Shown piece after piece: positions 28,116 to 38,391 of a DNA stretch of 64,000 bases. Positions within the stretch are counted from its first letter, which is position 1, and each line of letters opens with the position of its first letter. The stretch is from an uncultured Chloroflexia bacterium (GTDB lineage Bacteria; Chloroflexota; Limnocylindria; Limnocylindrales; CSP1-4). The stretch lies in NCBI GenBank assembly GCA_963750125.1, contig CAVVPT010000026.1, forward strand, positions 88,993-152,992. The letters run 5' to 3'. The notes beneath the pieces were generated by a model. The model did not search any database, was not told the DNA's origin, and saw only the letters and a list, made by a program, of their open reading frames with translations. The position numbers and the translations under genes are program-made.

Positions 28116-31100
28116 GTGACCTCGATCTTCATCAGCTACTCCTCGACCGACGTCGAGGCAGGCGCGCGGCTGCGCGATCTCCTCGCTGCGCGCGGCTACG
28201 CAGCCGTCTTCCGCGACAAAGACCCGGAGCACGGGATCGCCGCCGGAACGCGCTGGGCGGCGGAGCTCTTCTCAAACCTTGAGCGCGCCGACGTGATCGT
28301 ATTCCTCGCCAGCGAGGCATCGCTCAGATCACCCTGGTGTCACACGGAGCTTGCCGTCGGCGTCGCTCGTGGCAAGCACATCGTCCAGGTCTCGCAGCAG
28401 AAGACCGATGTCCACCGCGTGCTGGCCGACCGTCAGGCGATGGCGCCGGAACCGGACATCGACGGCCTCGTCGAGGCGCTGATCGCCAACCTGTCGGCAG
28501 TCGGCTTCGGCCCAGGCGACGAGTTCAGCTGGGACGTCGATCGCTCGCCATATCCCGGCCTCGGCCGTCTCGATCAGGATCATGCTGCGGTTCTGTTCGG
28601 GCGCGATGCCGAGGTCGGCGCATGCCTCCAGCGATTGGCCATTCCACGACCGCTGCCACTCCTCGTGTCCGGACCATCGGGGAGCGGCAAGTCGTCGATG
28701 GTGCGGGCCGGCGTCCTGCCGAGACTCGCCCGCCAGGAGGGAACGCGGGTCCTGCGGGTCGTCGAGCCCGGTGACAGCCCACTGCAGCGCGTCGCGCTGG
28801 CGTTCGCGACGGACCAGGGCGAGGCTGACGCAGCGGCGTTGATCGCCGATCCCAAGGGGTTTTCCTTCGCCGTCGACAAGGCCGTCGCAGGCGGCGCGAG
28901 CCGCGTCGTGTTGTTCCTCGATCAGGCCGAGGACCTGATCGCACGAGCCGACCGGGCGCAGGTCACCGACCTGATGACGCGCCTTCAAGCGGTGGATCCG
29001 GATCGGCTGGTGGTGATCGCCGCCGTTCGGAGTATGTCCCTCGACGCCTGGCTCCAGGAGCCGTCTCTGTCGTGGCTTGGGCAGGCCGATCCGGTCTGGG
29101 TCCGCCCGCTTGGGCGCGAGGCGTTGCGCGAGGTGGTCGTCGGACCGGCGCATGTCGCCGGGATCCGGTTCGAGCCCGAGACGCTGGTCGATCGGATCGT
29201 CGAGGACACCGCGCAGGGGAACGCTTTACCGCTGCTGGCGGCACTTCTCGAGGAGCTGGCCGAGGGGCACTCGAGGCTGACCCCGGCCGTGATCACCGCG
29301 AAGCGCTATGAGGAAATCGGGCCGGTCGGGCGGGTGATCGAGCGGAGGGCACTGGAAGCGACGAACGACATTCGTGCTCGGCGCGGCCTGGGCGAGTCAA
29401 TCGTGATCAACGCGTTCCTCCGCTTGGTCGAAGTCGATGACGATGGCACGGTGACCGGCGCCGACGTCGTCCTCGACGACGTGCCGGCCGAGGTCCGCGA
29501 CATCTTCGAGGACTTGGAACGCTTCCGGCTGGTCACCCGCGACCAGCGGATCGTCGCAGCGTCGGCGGCACCGGCAGCCGGGGAAGCGGGCGGGCGATCG
29601 GCGGAGGTGGCTCGGGCGGTGCACGAGGAGGTCTTCCGCGCGTGGCCCGCCGTCGCGGCGGCCATCAAGACCCGCCGAACGGACCTCGAGACGCGTACGT
29701 GGCTTCGCCACGACGCACAGTCGTGGGACAACGCAGGTCGTAGGGAAACCGCGTTGACCGGTGGTCGTTTGGCCGTCGCGCGCGCGTGGCACGAGCGGAA
29801 CCCGGCGGAGGTCACTCCAATCGTCGACGCTTACATCCGTTCATCACGCCGGCAGGTCCGTCGCCGCCAGGCGCTCACGTTTGCGGTACCGATGCTCGCC
29901 GTCGTCGCGCTGGCGGTCGGCGTGCTCGCGTTCCAGGCCTTCAGCGAAGCGCAGCGCGCCAACGCGGCACGTGATGAAGCGGACGCCCTTCGGATTGCCG
30001 GGGATGCGAGGGCGAGCCTGGACTCGCGCCCGGATCTCGCGCTTCTGCTCGCGATGGAGGCAGCGGTCCGGAGCGACGCGCCACAGGTGCAGGGGATGCC
30101 GCTGGCAGCCCTGACCCACGGCCCGGGTCCGCGGCGGTTCCAGGACGTCGGTGAACCCATCGACGCGGCGGCAATCGATCGCGCAGGGTCACATGCGGTC
30201 ATGCGCGTCTCGGACCGGACGCTGCTGTGGAACATAAAGGATGGCGCTGCCACGGCGACGCTGCCGACGTCCAGCGATGTCGTCGCGATCTCTGGTGACG
30301 GAACAAGGGTTGGACTCGGGACACCCGACGGCATCGCGCTTTATCCATGGGACTCATCCGAGGTCACGGTCCGGTGCCCAATAACCAACGGGGCGGTCAC
30401 GGAGCTTGCGCTGTCAGATGACGGGACCCTGGTGGCCGTCGTCACCGAGGATCCGGCAACCTCGGAATCCGCGGTCACGTTGCTCGACGCCTCGAGTTGC
30501 AAGCCCACAGCCGAGCTGTCTGATGTGTCTGGTGAGGTGCGTGCCGTCGCGTTTGACCCGAGCGCCGAATACCTGGCCCTGGGAGCGGAGGAGAACGGCG
30601 CCGGAGTGTGGGACGTCAAGTCCGGCGCACACCTGGGGGAGATGGGGAACGGGACCGAGACGGTGCGCACTCTCGCTTTCGGCGATGACGACGACCTTGC
30701 TTGGGCTACGACCGATGGGGAAGTGCTGCTGTCTGACATCTTCGATCCCGAATCGAACACCCAGCAATTCCGGATCGACGGTGGCGACATCGTCGCGCTC
30801 GCATACTCGGCCCCGGACGACTCGTTCCTCATCGGCACCGGCACGGGCGAGGTTCGGCGCGTCAACTCCTCGAGCGATCCGCAGGTCGGCCCGCCGCTCC
30901 GGGCGCTGCCGCCACTCGAGTACGCGGGCGTATCAGTCGAGCCCATGGCCATGGCGGCAGACGGCGGTCGAGGCGTCTCGATCGATCCCGCCGGCCGCGT
31001 CGTCGTCTGGGACCTGGACGGGCGGCCGCCCCTCGGCCCCGACCTGTCCCGCGGTCGGACGGTTGAGCTGGTTGCGTCCGACCTAGATAGATCCGTGATC

Positions 31101-31985
31101 GCATCCGACGGCGATGAGATCTGGCGCGTCGACAGTGCCACAGGGGAGACGGGTCAGCTGGCCCAGCGGAGTGATGTGAACGTCCTAACAGCGGGCGAGG
31201 ACGGGTGGGCGGCCGGCACCGCCGGTGGAGAGATCCTGACTGGTGGCGCCACTCCCGAGAGCGTACGGACAATCGAGACTTTCCCCGGACGGAAGGTGGT
31301 TGGGTTGACCTCCGTACCTGGCGGAGGATGGGCCGCTACCTTGAATGGCGGCGGTGGATCGGTGGCCGTCATCCCACCGGAGGGCCGGACGCGGGAGGCG
31401 GCCATGACCGCGACGCCGGCGTCGCTCGCCGTCAGCGACTCGCACGTCTACGTCGGCGACATGAACGGCACGATCCATGTCTTCGGGCTCGACGATCTCC
31501 AGCCCGCGGTGCAGGTCCAGGCGCATAACTCCGACATCGCGTCGATGGCGCTGAGCCCGGACGGCTCCCTCCTCGCGACCGGCAGCGACGACCGGACGAT
31601 CGGCCTGTGGGACGTCGCAGACGATGGCGCGCTTACACCACACAGCCGTCTGCGCGGGCACGAAGAGCGGGTCCGTTCGCTCACCTTCAGCCCAGACGGG
31701 CACTGGCTTGCGTCGGCGGCCGACGAACCGGCAGTGCGCTTCTGGGATCTCGCGACGGAGCATGCCGTCGGAGACCGGATTTCGGTCGGTAGCCGCCCGG
31801 TGGTTGCGTTCAGCCGCACAGACGACCGGGAGCTGCTGGTCGCCGACGGCGGACTCGCGGCGTGGGACATGCGTGCCGAGCAGTGGCCCACGATCGCATG
31901 CCGCATCGTTGGCACCAGGCGCTTGGATGACACCGAACGCAAGCAGTACATGGGTGGCGAAACCGAGCGGGCCGCCTGCCCCTGA
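28116..31985 (+). CDS. TIR domain - STAND P-loop NTPase - single TM helix - WD40/beta-propeller protein (1289 aa)
   Basis: TIR: IFISYSSTD..ADVIVFLASEASLRSPWCHTELAVG. STAND: PYPGLGRLDQDHAAVLFGRDAEV, Walker A GPSGSGKSS, Walker B VVLFLDQAED. Hydrophobic helix ALTFAVPMLAVVALAVGVLAF after RRQVRRRQ. Canonical WD40 units appear only near the end (SPDGSLLATGSDDRTIGLWDV, GHEERVRSLTFSPDGHWLASAADEPAVRFWDL). Family-typical C-terminus QWPTIACRIVG..CP. Confidence 0.88.
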   Translation: MTSIFISYSSTDVEAGARLRDLLAARGYAAVFRDKDPEHGIAAGTRWAAELFSNLERADVIVFLASEASLRSPWCHTELAVGVARGKHIVQVSQQKTDVHRVLADRQAMAPEPDIDGLVEALIANLSAVGFGPGDEFSWDVDRSPYPGLGRLDQDHAAVLFGRDAEVGACLQRLAIPRPLPLLVSGPSGSGKSSMVRAGVLPRLARQEGTRVLRVVEPGDSPLQRVALAFATDQGEADAAALIADPKGFSFAVDKAVAGGASRVVLFLDQAEDLIARADRAQVTDLMTRLQAVDPDRLVVIAAVRSMSLDAWLQEPSLSWLGQADPVWVRPLGREALREVVVGPAHVAGIRFEPETLVDRIVEDTAQGNALPLLAALLEELAEGHSRLTPAVITAKRYEEIGPVGRVIERRALEATNDIRARRGLGESIVINAFLRLVEVDDDGTVTGADVVLDDVPAEVRDIFEDLERFRLVTRDQRIVAASAAPAAGEAGGRSAEVARAVHEEVFRAWPAVAAAIKTRRTDLETRTWLRHDAQSWDNAGRRETALTGGRLAVARAWHERNPAEVTPIVDAYIRSSRRQVRRRQALTFAVPMLAVVALAVGVLAFQAFSEAQRANAARDEADALRIAGDARASLDSRPDLALLLAMEAAVRSDAPQVQGMPLAALTHGPGPRRFQDVGEPIDAAAIDRAGSHAVMRVSDRTLLWNIKDGAATATLPTSSDVVAISGDGTRVGLGTPDGIALYPWDSSEVTVRCPITNGAVTELALSDDGTLVAVVTEDPATSESAVTLLDASSCKPTAELSDVSGEVRAVAFDPSAEYLALGAEENGAGVWDVKSGAHLGEMGNGTETVRTLAFGDDDDLAWATTDGEVLLSDIFDPESNTQQFRIDGGDIVALAYSAPDDSFLIGTGTGEVRRVNSSSDPQVGPPLRALPPLEYAGVSVEPMAMAADGGRGVSIDPAGRVVVWDLDGRPPLGPDLSRGRTVELVASDLDRSVIASDGDEIWRVDSATGETGQLAQRSDVNVLTAGEDGWAAGTAGGEILTGGATPESVRTIETFPGRKVVGLTSVPGGGWAATLNGGGGSVAVIPPEGRTREAAMTATPASLAVSDSHVYVGDMNGTIHVFGLDDLQPAVQVQAHNSDIASMALSPDGSLLATGSDDRTIGLWDVADDGALTPHSRLRGHEERVRSLTFSPDGHWLASAADEPAVRFWDLATEHAVGDRISVGSRPVVAFSRTDDRELLVADGGLAAWDMRAEQWPTIACRIVGTRRLDDTERKQYMGGETERAACP

Positions 31986-31998
31986 GCGCCGCGCCCCG

Positions 31999-32718
31999 TC
32001 AGTCCGAAGGGCCGCCCACCCGGTAGGTGCAGCAGCGATCGCCGCTGACGATGTGCGTCTCGCGCTCGACGTCGGGCCCGAGGACCTCGCGGAACAGCTC
32101 GAGCTCGGCGCGACAGGCGGCCTCGGCCCCAGTTGCGACGTGGTGGATCGCGCAGTTGTGCTCGATGATGCGGATCACGCCGTCCGGTCCGAGCACGGCC
32201 TCGGCGAGATAGCCCTGCTCGTCCTGGATCACCGCGAGCTCACGGGCCCGGTCGACCACCGACGCACCCGCAGGCAGCCGTTCAGCGATCTGCTCCCGGA
32301 CGCGTTCCGTGACCATCCGCCGGCGCGCTTCGAACACCTCCTCGACAAGCCCCTCGCCGCCGACCGACCGGATCGCTCCAAGCAGGCCGGTGGCCAGCCC
32401 GTCGTAGGCGGCGGGGAACAGGTCCTGGGCGTTCTCCGTAACGTCGTACACATGGCGCGGCCGGCCGACGCCGTGACGGACCGTCTCGCGGCGAACGAGG
32501 TTCGCGGCTTCGAGAGCGCGCAACTGCTGGAGCACGCCAGTCCGGCTCGCGCCCATGGAAGTGGCGAGGTGGTCGGGCGAGCTGGGACCATCGCGGCGGA
32601 GGCGAACCAGTAGTTCGCGGCGAAGCGTTGAGGCGCCCTGAACGGTGGCCGCACCGGCGCTCGAGGCGAGTCCCGCTGGCGTGACGGCTGGGGAAGCCGA
32701 GTTCTGCAGCTCGGGCAT
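31999..32718 (-). CDS. ArsR/COG2345-type (SufR-like) winged-helix regulator with Cys-containing C-terminal domain
   Basis: HTH: LATSMGASRTGVLQQLRALEAANLV. GRPRHVYDVT wing. C-terminal EHNCAIHHV..AACRAE..SGDRCCTYRV. Confidence 0.7.
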   Translation of the reverse strand: MPELQNSASPAVTPAGLASSAGAATVQGASTLRRELLVRLRRDGPSSPDHLATSMGASRTGVLQQLRALEAANLVRRETVRHGVGRPRHVYDVTENAQDLFPAAYDGLATGLLGAIRSVGGEGLVEEVFEARRRMVTERVREQIAERLPAGASVVDRARELAVIQDEQGYLAEAVLGPDGVIRIIEHNCAIHHVATGAEAACRAELELFREVLGPDVERETHIVSGDRCCTYRVGGPSD

Positions 32719-32778
32719 TCGGGAAGGCTAGCGCATCGCCGCCCGTCGCGCGTCCCGGGCGATGGTAGGCTCGGGCCG

Positions 32779-33945
32779 ATGGACTACGACCTCGGGCCCG
32801 AGCATTCCCTGCTGCGCGACACGGTCCGGGAGTTCATGACGACCGAGGTCGCACCGCTCATCGACGAGCACGAGCGCGAGCGCCGCTTCCCGAGCGAGAT
32901 CGTCCGGCGCATCGGCGAGCTCGGCTGGCTCGGGATCCCGATCCCCGAGGACGAGGGCGGCGCCGGTCTCGACACGCTGGCGTACGCGATCGCGATCGAG
33001 GAGATCGGCCGCGTGTGGGGTTCGCTCGGGCTCATCGTCGCTGCTCACACGAGCCTCGGCTGCGGGCCGCTGCACCTCGCCGGTAGCGACGCGCAGAAGC
33101 AGCGTTGGCTCGTGCCGATGGCCCGCGGCGACGTCATCGGCGCATACGGCCTCACCGAGCCGGGGGCAGGCAGTGATTCGGGCGGCACGCGGACGACCGC
33201 CCGGTTCGAGGACGGATCCGACGGCGGCTCATGGGTGCTCGACGGCGCGAAGCGCTTCATCACGAACGCCGGCCAGGCGGGCACGTACGTCGTGACCGCG
33301 CGGACCGGCCAGGATCCCGAGGGCCGCCCGGAGATCAGCGCGTTCATCGTTCCGGCCGACGCCCCGGGCTTCAGCGTGGGCCGACTCGAAGACAAGCTCG
33401 GGCTGCACGCGTCGGCAACGGGCGAGCTGCGTTTCGAGGGCGCGCGCGTGCCCGCGGCCAACCTGCTCGGCGAGCAGGGGAGCGGCTTCAAGATGTTCCT
33501 CAGGATCCTCGACGGCGGCCGGATCTCGATCGGCGCGCTCGCCGTCGGGCTCGCCCAGGCCGCGCTCGATGCGTCGATACCGTATGCCCAGACGCGCGAA
33601 CAGTTCGGCCGGCCGATCGGCACCTTCCAGGGGGTCGCCTTCATGGTCGCCGACATGGCGACGGAGATCGAGGCGGCTCGCCAGCTCGTGTGGCGTTCTG
33701 CCTGGCTCAAGGACCAGGGCCGGGACTACGGGCTCGCGGCCGCGCAGGCCAAGCTGTTCGCGTCGGAGGTGTCGAGCCGCGCGACCAACGCCGGGATCCA
33801 GATCCACGGCGGCTACGGCTACGTGACCGACTACCCTGTCGAGCGCTTCATGCGCGACGCGAAGCTGACCGAGATCGGCGAGGGGACGAGCCAGGTCCAG
33901 CGGCTCGTGATCGCGCGGCGGATCCTCGGCCTGCGGGTGGTCTGA
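32779..33945 (+). CDS. Acyl-CoA dehydrogenase (short/branched-chain type)
   Basis: 388 aa. GAYGLTEPGAGSD, FITNAG, QIHGGYGY, and the catalytic-Glu region LTEIGEGTSQVQR. Confidence 0.9.
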   Translation: MDYDLGPEHSLLRDTVREFMTTEVAPLIDEHERERRFPSEIVRRIGELGWLGIPIPEDEGGAGLDTLAYAIAIEEIGRVWGSLGLIVAAHTSLGCGPLHLAGSDAQKQRWLVPMARGDVIGAYGLTEPGAGSDSGGTRTTARFEDGSDGGSWVLDGAKRFITNAGQAGTYVVTARTGQDPEGRPEISAFIVPADAPGFSVGRLEDKLGLHASATGELRFEGARVPAANLLGEQGSGFKMFLRILDGGRISIGALAVGLAQAALDASIPYAQTREQFGRPIGTFQGVAFMVADMATEIEAARQLVWRSAWLKDQGRDYGLAAAQAKLFASEVSSRATNAGIQIHGGYGYVTDYPVERFMRDAKLTEIGEGTSQVQRLVIARRILGLRVV

Positions 33946-34015
33946 CGACTACGCTCGCGGTGCGTACCACGCGACCGGGTGCGTATCTGGCAGGAAACTC
34001 GGTTCGAGCGACAGC

Positions 34016-34810
34016 CTAGACCTGGACGAAGCGGACGATCAGGCGGTACTGGCTCCTCGCGCCGACGCACGTCTGGAGCGTGAGGCTCGGGCGCGACTGG
34101 GCCGCGAAGGCGAAGCCTCCCTTGGTCGGCGTCGTGACCTTCCACCAGATGAGCTTGTACGTGCGGACCTTGCCCTTGCTGTCGGCGTACGAGACCTTCA
34201 TGCCCTTGCGGAGACGGCCGTTGACGTACGCGTCGTGGAGCGGCTTGAAGGCGGCGTGCGCGTGGGCGAACAGGTATACGTTGTTGCTGCCGGCGCAGCC
34301 CCAGCGATAGACGACGTTGCCGGGGTACGCCTTGCTCGAGCACGGGAAGAAGTAGGCGGAGCGGCTGATGCCGAGCGCCGGGAACCACATCCGGTTCCTG
34401 CCGCCGTAGCTCCCGGAGCTTGAGCCGCCACCGGACCCACTCGACCCGCCCGACGGCGTGGCCTTCGATACGCTCTCGACCTTGTTGATCGACTCGGTCT
34501 TGGGGCGAACCGGAACGTGGATCGGCTCGGCGGGCTCGGCGATGGGGACGAGCCACGGGTTGAGCGCGTCCGCCATCGCTGCCTCGCCGCCGCTGCGGAC
34601 GCCCGGCCTCGTCGCCTGGGCGGAGAACGGGGTCGATCCCTGCGCTGCAGCATCCGTCGCATCGGACCGCGCGAAGACACTCGACGCCACCGCGATCGAT
34701 TCGGCGGCGAGGATCAGGGCGAGGACGACGGGGAGGAGAACCCGGCGGTAGGGCACGCGGGGTCGGTTCATGCGCCGACCATCGCGAACCCGGTGCGCGG
34801 GGACCGTCAC
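34016..34810 (-). CDS. Sortase-fold transpeptidase (class F-like) with N-terminal membrane anchor
   Basis: His (VYLFAHAH), TLQTC catalytic Cys motif, and Arg (YRLIVRF) in sortase order and spacing. Anchor RRVLLPVVLALILAA. The alternative start ATG at 34771 is more likely. Confidence 0.6.
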   Translation of the reverse strand: MTVPAHRVRDGRRMNRPRVPYRRVLLPVVLALILAAESIAVASSVFARSDATDAAAQGSTPFSAQATRPGVRSGGEAAMADALNPWLVPIAEPAEPIHVPVRPKTESINKVESVSKATPSGGSSGSGGGSSSGSYGGRNRMWFPALGISRSAYFFPCSSKAYPGNVVYRWGCAGSNNVYLFAHAHAAFKPLHDAYVNGRLRKGMKVSYADSKGKVRTYKLIWWKVTTPTKGGFAFAAQSRPSLTLQTCVGARSQYRLIVRFVQV

Positions 34811-34917
34811 CCGGTCGTCCCAGGGCGCATGAGAAGGTCGGGTGGTCCCGGTCCGGAACCGGGACGATGGTCACCGTGCGGACCGGTGGAGTCCGCTGGG
34901 CAGCGGTTGGGAGCGGG

Positions 34918-35400
34918 TCAGTCGCCGGTCCCCGAGGCCACCGTCAGGGCCTCGCGGAGGGTAGCCTTGAATTCGGGCGCCCACGGGCCCTGACCGGCCA
35001 GGACGAACGGGGACGATTCGATGGATTCGAAGGTCTCCGGGTCTGTGACAAAGCTCCGGGCGCACTCGTCGATCGCCGTGCGCAGACGCTCATACGCTTC
35101 GCGGTCCCGGAAAATGTACAGGTACAGGCGAACGGGCTCGACCTCGTCCTTGCCGCTGGCATCGAGTCCGATCGCGGTGGGAATCAGGACCTTGTCGTCG
35201 CAGCCGGCATCGCCCGACACGAGGTTGTCGATCGCGATCCCGCGCTTGACGATCTCTGATGCGATGCCCTGGAAGTCGGCCGGCGTCGGTGCCGGGGCCG
35301 GTTCCGTGAGCGCACCGCAGGCGGCGGCTACGACGGCGAGCCCGAGTGCGACGAGCACGACCGTCAGCCGACCGCCCAGGGCCGGGCGGGAGGGGGACAT
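34918..35400 (-). CDS. Hypothetical lipoprotein
   Basis: Signal plus lipobox-like VVAAACG. 160 aa of normal composition. No family recognised. Confidence 0.5.
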   Translation of the reverse strand: MSPSRPALGGRLTVVLVALGLAVVAAACGALTEPAPAPTPADFQGIASEIVKRGIAIDNLVSGDAGCDDKVLIPTAIGLDASGKDEVEPVRLYLYIFRDREAYERLRTAIDECARSFVTDPETFESIESSPFVLAGQGPWAPEFKATLREALTVASGTGD

Positions 35401-35456
35401 GCGCCGAGGCTAGCACGGGCGGCCCGGCCGGACAGGTGGGGCGTCGGCGCCTGGGC

Positions 35457-38391
35457 TCAGCGCTCGCGGGCACGACGCTTTGCGTCCCGCAGCCGGGACA
35501 TGGTGTCTGTCGCGTCGGGGACCACCGGCTCGGCCGGCGAGCTCGGCAAGGGCAGTGGCGTCGCGGCGCTGGGCGCTGCCGTTGGCGGAGCTGGGGGGGC
35601 CGACGGACCGGCCGGAGTCGCGATTGCGGCCGTCGAAGTGCCCGAGTCCGGTTCGGCCCGGAGCGCGCTGCGCGCACTCGTCGACGACGCCCGGTCGCGA
35701 GCGGCGAGAAGCCCCTCGGCAACCGCGGGGCGGGGCGCAACGCTCTTCCGCCGACGCCCTGCGCCTGTCACCCAGCCACGGGCGGCAACGAGCTCCCGCC
35801 GCCCGATCGAGACGCGCCGGAGGGCGATGTCGAGTGGCCAGAGCAGCAGGGCGACCACAAGCAGCAGCGGCCACAGGTCGGTGAACCGGCTCGTCGAGGT
35901 GAGGTTGTGCGTCCAGACCTGGGCGACGTCATCGATCGCCTCCCCGCCGGTTGCCGCGCGCAGCGCGGCGAGGAACGGCTCGTTGGCGCCGAGGATCCGG
36001 TATTCGGCGGCCGTCGGCGCGACGAGGCCGAGCGTCCTCCCGAGCGCCGCAGCTCCAGGACGCGTCTGCGTGACTCGCACGGAGTAGGCGCCCGGCTCGA
36101 TCTCGCCGAGATCCTGCTCATACACGCCCGGTGCGACCTGGACGAGGTCGACGGTATCGGTCTCGAGGGTCGGGCTGACGACGGCGGCCGAGGTCGAGAA
36201 GAAGTCGCGCGGCGAGCCGTCGCTCTCGACACTTTCGACCCGCAGCTTCGTCGCGTTGCCCTCGGTCACGAAGCTCGCCTCGATCCCGCCCAATTCCTCG
36301 CCCGGGAACGTCCAGCTCACGAGCTGACTGAAGAACCGGTTGAAGCCGTTCCAGCCGACCCAGTCCGCTGCCCAGCGGCCGGTCGAGTCGGAGGTCCACG
36401 CCACGGAGCGGCCGAGTCCGTACTGCCACTGGGCGAGGAGCGGGTCGTCTCGCGCGCTCACGAGCACGGTCTGTGCCGCGGGCTTGGCGGTCGTCCCGTT
36501 GTAGCCACGGAGCTGGGGAAAGCCCTGGTCGAGGCCGCGCAGGATCGGCGACGAGGAGGTCACGATCGGGAAGAACGTCTCCTCGACGATCTGCTGGCCG
36601 GAGACCTGCTGGGTCTCCTTGAGGAAGATGTCGGGGATGCTGGCCGGGTTCGCGGCCTCGTAGTAGCGCCCGCCGCCCTGCTCGGCCAGGCCCGACAGGA
36701 ACTGGTTCTGCGAGCCGCCGCCCGCCCCGACCGTCGATAGCGTGATGCCCGCCGCCGCCATGCGCTCCAGCAGATCCGCGTACTGCCCGCTCGACGACCA
36801 GCCGTCGGTCAGCAGGATGATGTGGCGCCTCGTCGCGGTCGCCTTCTCGAGCTCGTCGACCGCGGCCTCGAGCCCGCCGAAGATGTTCGTCTGGCCATCG
36901 GGCCGGATGCCTGCGATGGCGCCCTGCAGGTCGCCGACCTGGCCGAGTGGCTGGGTGTGGACGACCCAGTGCGCCGACTCGTTGAACGCGACGATGCCGA
37001 GCTCGTCGCGGTCGGTGAGGGCGGCGGCGGCCCGCAGGATGGCCTCCTTGCCGATGTCGGTCTTGCGGACGCCGCCGATGCCGTTGCCGTTGGCCTGTCC
37101 GCCGGCCGTGTTGCAATGGCAAGCGTCCATCGAGCCGGACTTGTCGATGACGACGACCAGTGCGACGTCAGGCTGCTTCTGCCGGTCGCGGACGCCCATG
37201 TCGACGGGGAGCGCCTCCTCGAGCTGCGTGTCCTGGTATCCGCCCGCACCGTAGCTGCGGGGCCCGCCGACCATCACCAGGCCCCGGCCGAGGTCGCGGA
37301 CGTAGGCCTGGAGCGAGCCCAGTTGCCGATCGTTCAACCGGATCCGCGGCACATCGACGAGCACCACGCTGTCGTAGTCGAGCAGCTGATCCAGCTCGGG
37401 CAGCGTCTCGGGCACGATCGTGTCGACCTTGTGGCGCTGGCTCTCGAGGGCCGCAACGAGGTCGTCGGCGACTACCTCGTCACCGGCCAGCACCAGCGTC
37501 CGCGGTTCGCCCTGGACGATCGTGTTCGAAATCTGCGCGGTTGTTCTGGCTGAAGGTGTCGCGACCGGCCTCGACGACGACGCGGAAACGGTGGAAGCCG
37601 GCATCGACGGGGGCGTACGTGAAGCGGACGGTGTTCGCCCCCTCCTCGAGGTCGACCCGTTGAGGCTCACCGGCCTGGATCCCGTTGACGAACAGGCGGA
37701 TCGTCGCCGGCTGTGCGACCGACGAACGGACCTCGGAGATGATCTCGATGTCCTCACCGAGACGGGTCGTCGACGGGCTTGACGCGCGCTCGACGAGAAC
37801 CTCGTCGCTCGCCCCGAGCCCGATCTGCCGGGTCTCGATGCGGACCCCGCGCGCCGCCGAGAGGGCGGCCTCGGCCTGGCCCGTCCCCGTCGTGTCATTC
37901 CCGTCGGAGAGCAGGACGATCCGTTTCTGTGCGTCGTCGGGGAAGAGGGCGGTCGCGAGCCGCAGCGCGCCACCGATATCGCTGGCCGATCGGACTGGCG
38001 CCGAGGCGATCCGGTCGATCTCGGCGAGATCGCTCGGCAGGCGTTCGACCAGCGCCTCCTTGCCAAACGCGACGATGCCGGCGACGTCGCCGTCGGGCAT
38101 CTCCTCGAGCGCGCCACGCACGAACGCAAGCCCATCCTCGCGCCCGGCGCTCCCGATCGAGTCGGACAGGTCGAGCACGAAGACCGTCGCCAGGCGGTTC
38201 ACCGGGAGCACGACCTGCAGCCCGGCCAGGCCCAGGACGAGCGCCGCGAGCAGCAACGAGCGGAGGACGAGTGCGAGGCGCCGCCTCCCTGCGCCGACCC
38301 GCCGCCGCGCCGCGACGTGGAGGATCACGGTCAGCAGGAACGCCGGGATGAACAGCAGGAGCGCGAGGGGCGCGTCGAAGGCGATGCCCAT
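35457..38391 (-). pseudogene. Large membrane VWA protein (double-TM N-terminus, VWA, GATase1-like/DUF1355-like, second VWA, C-terminal TM and Pro/Ala tail); one frame change near 37530
   Basis: ORF 37480..38391 (FVLDLSDSIG VWA MIDAS) joins ORF 35457..38135 at ..FSQNNRAD|SNTIVQGEPRTLV, where a T run (gatttcg) carries an extra base. Second VWA: VVIDKSGSMD. GATase1-like: GLVMVGGPRSYGAGGY. Confidence 0.75.

Noticed and set aside
25880-31985. Adenosine deaminase next to the TIR/STAND gene as a RADAR-like deaminase-ATPase defence pair
   Set aside because: The deaminase is a canonical 351-aa Add with housekeeping motifs and native GC. It is separated from the TIR gene by the lipoprotein gene and its own spacer. 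It has no resemblance in size or architecture to RdrB-type deaminases.
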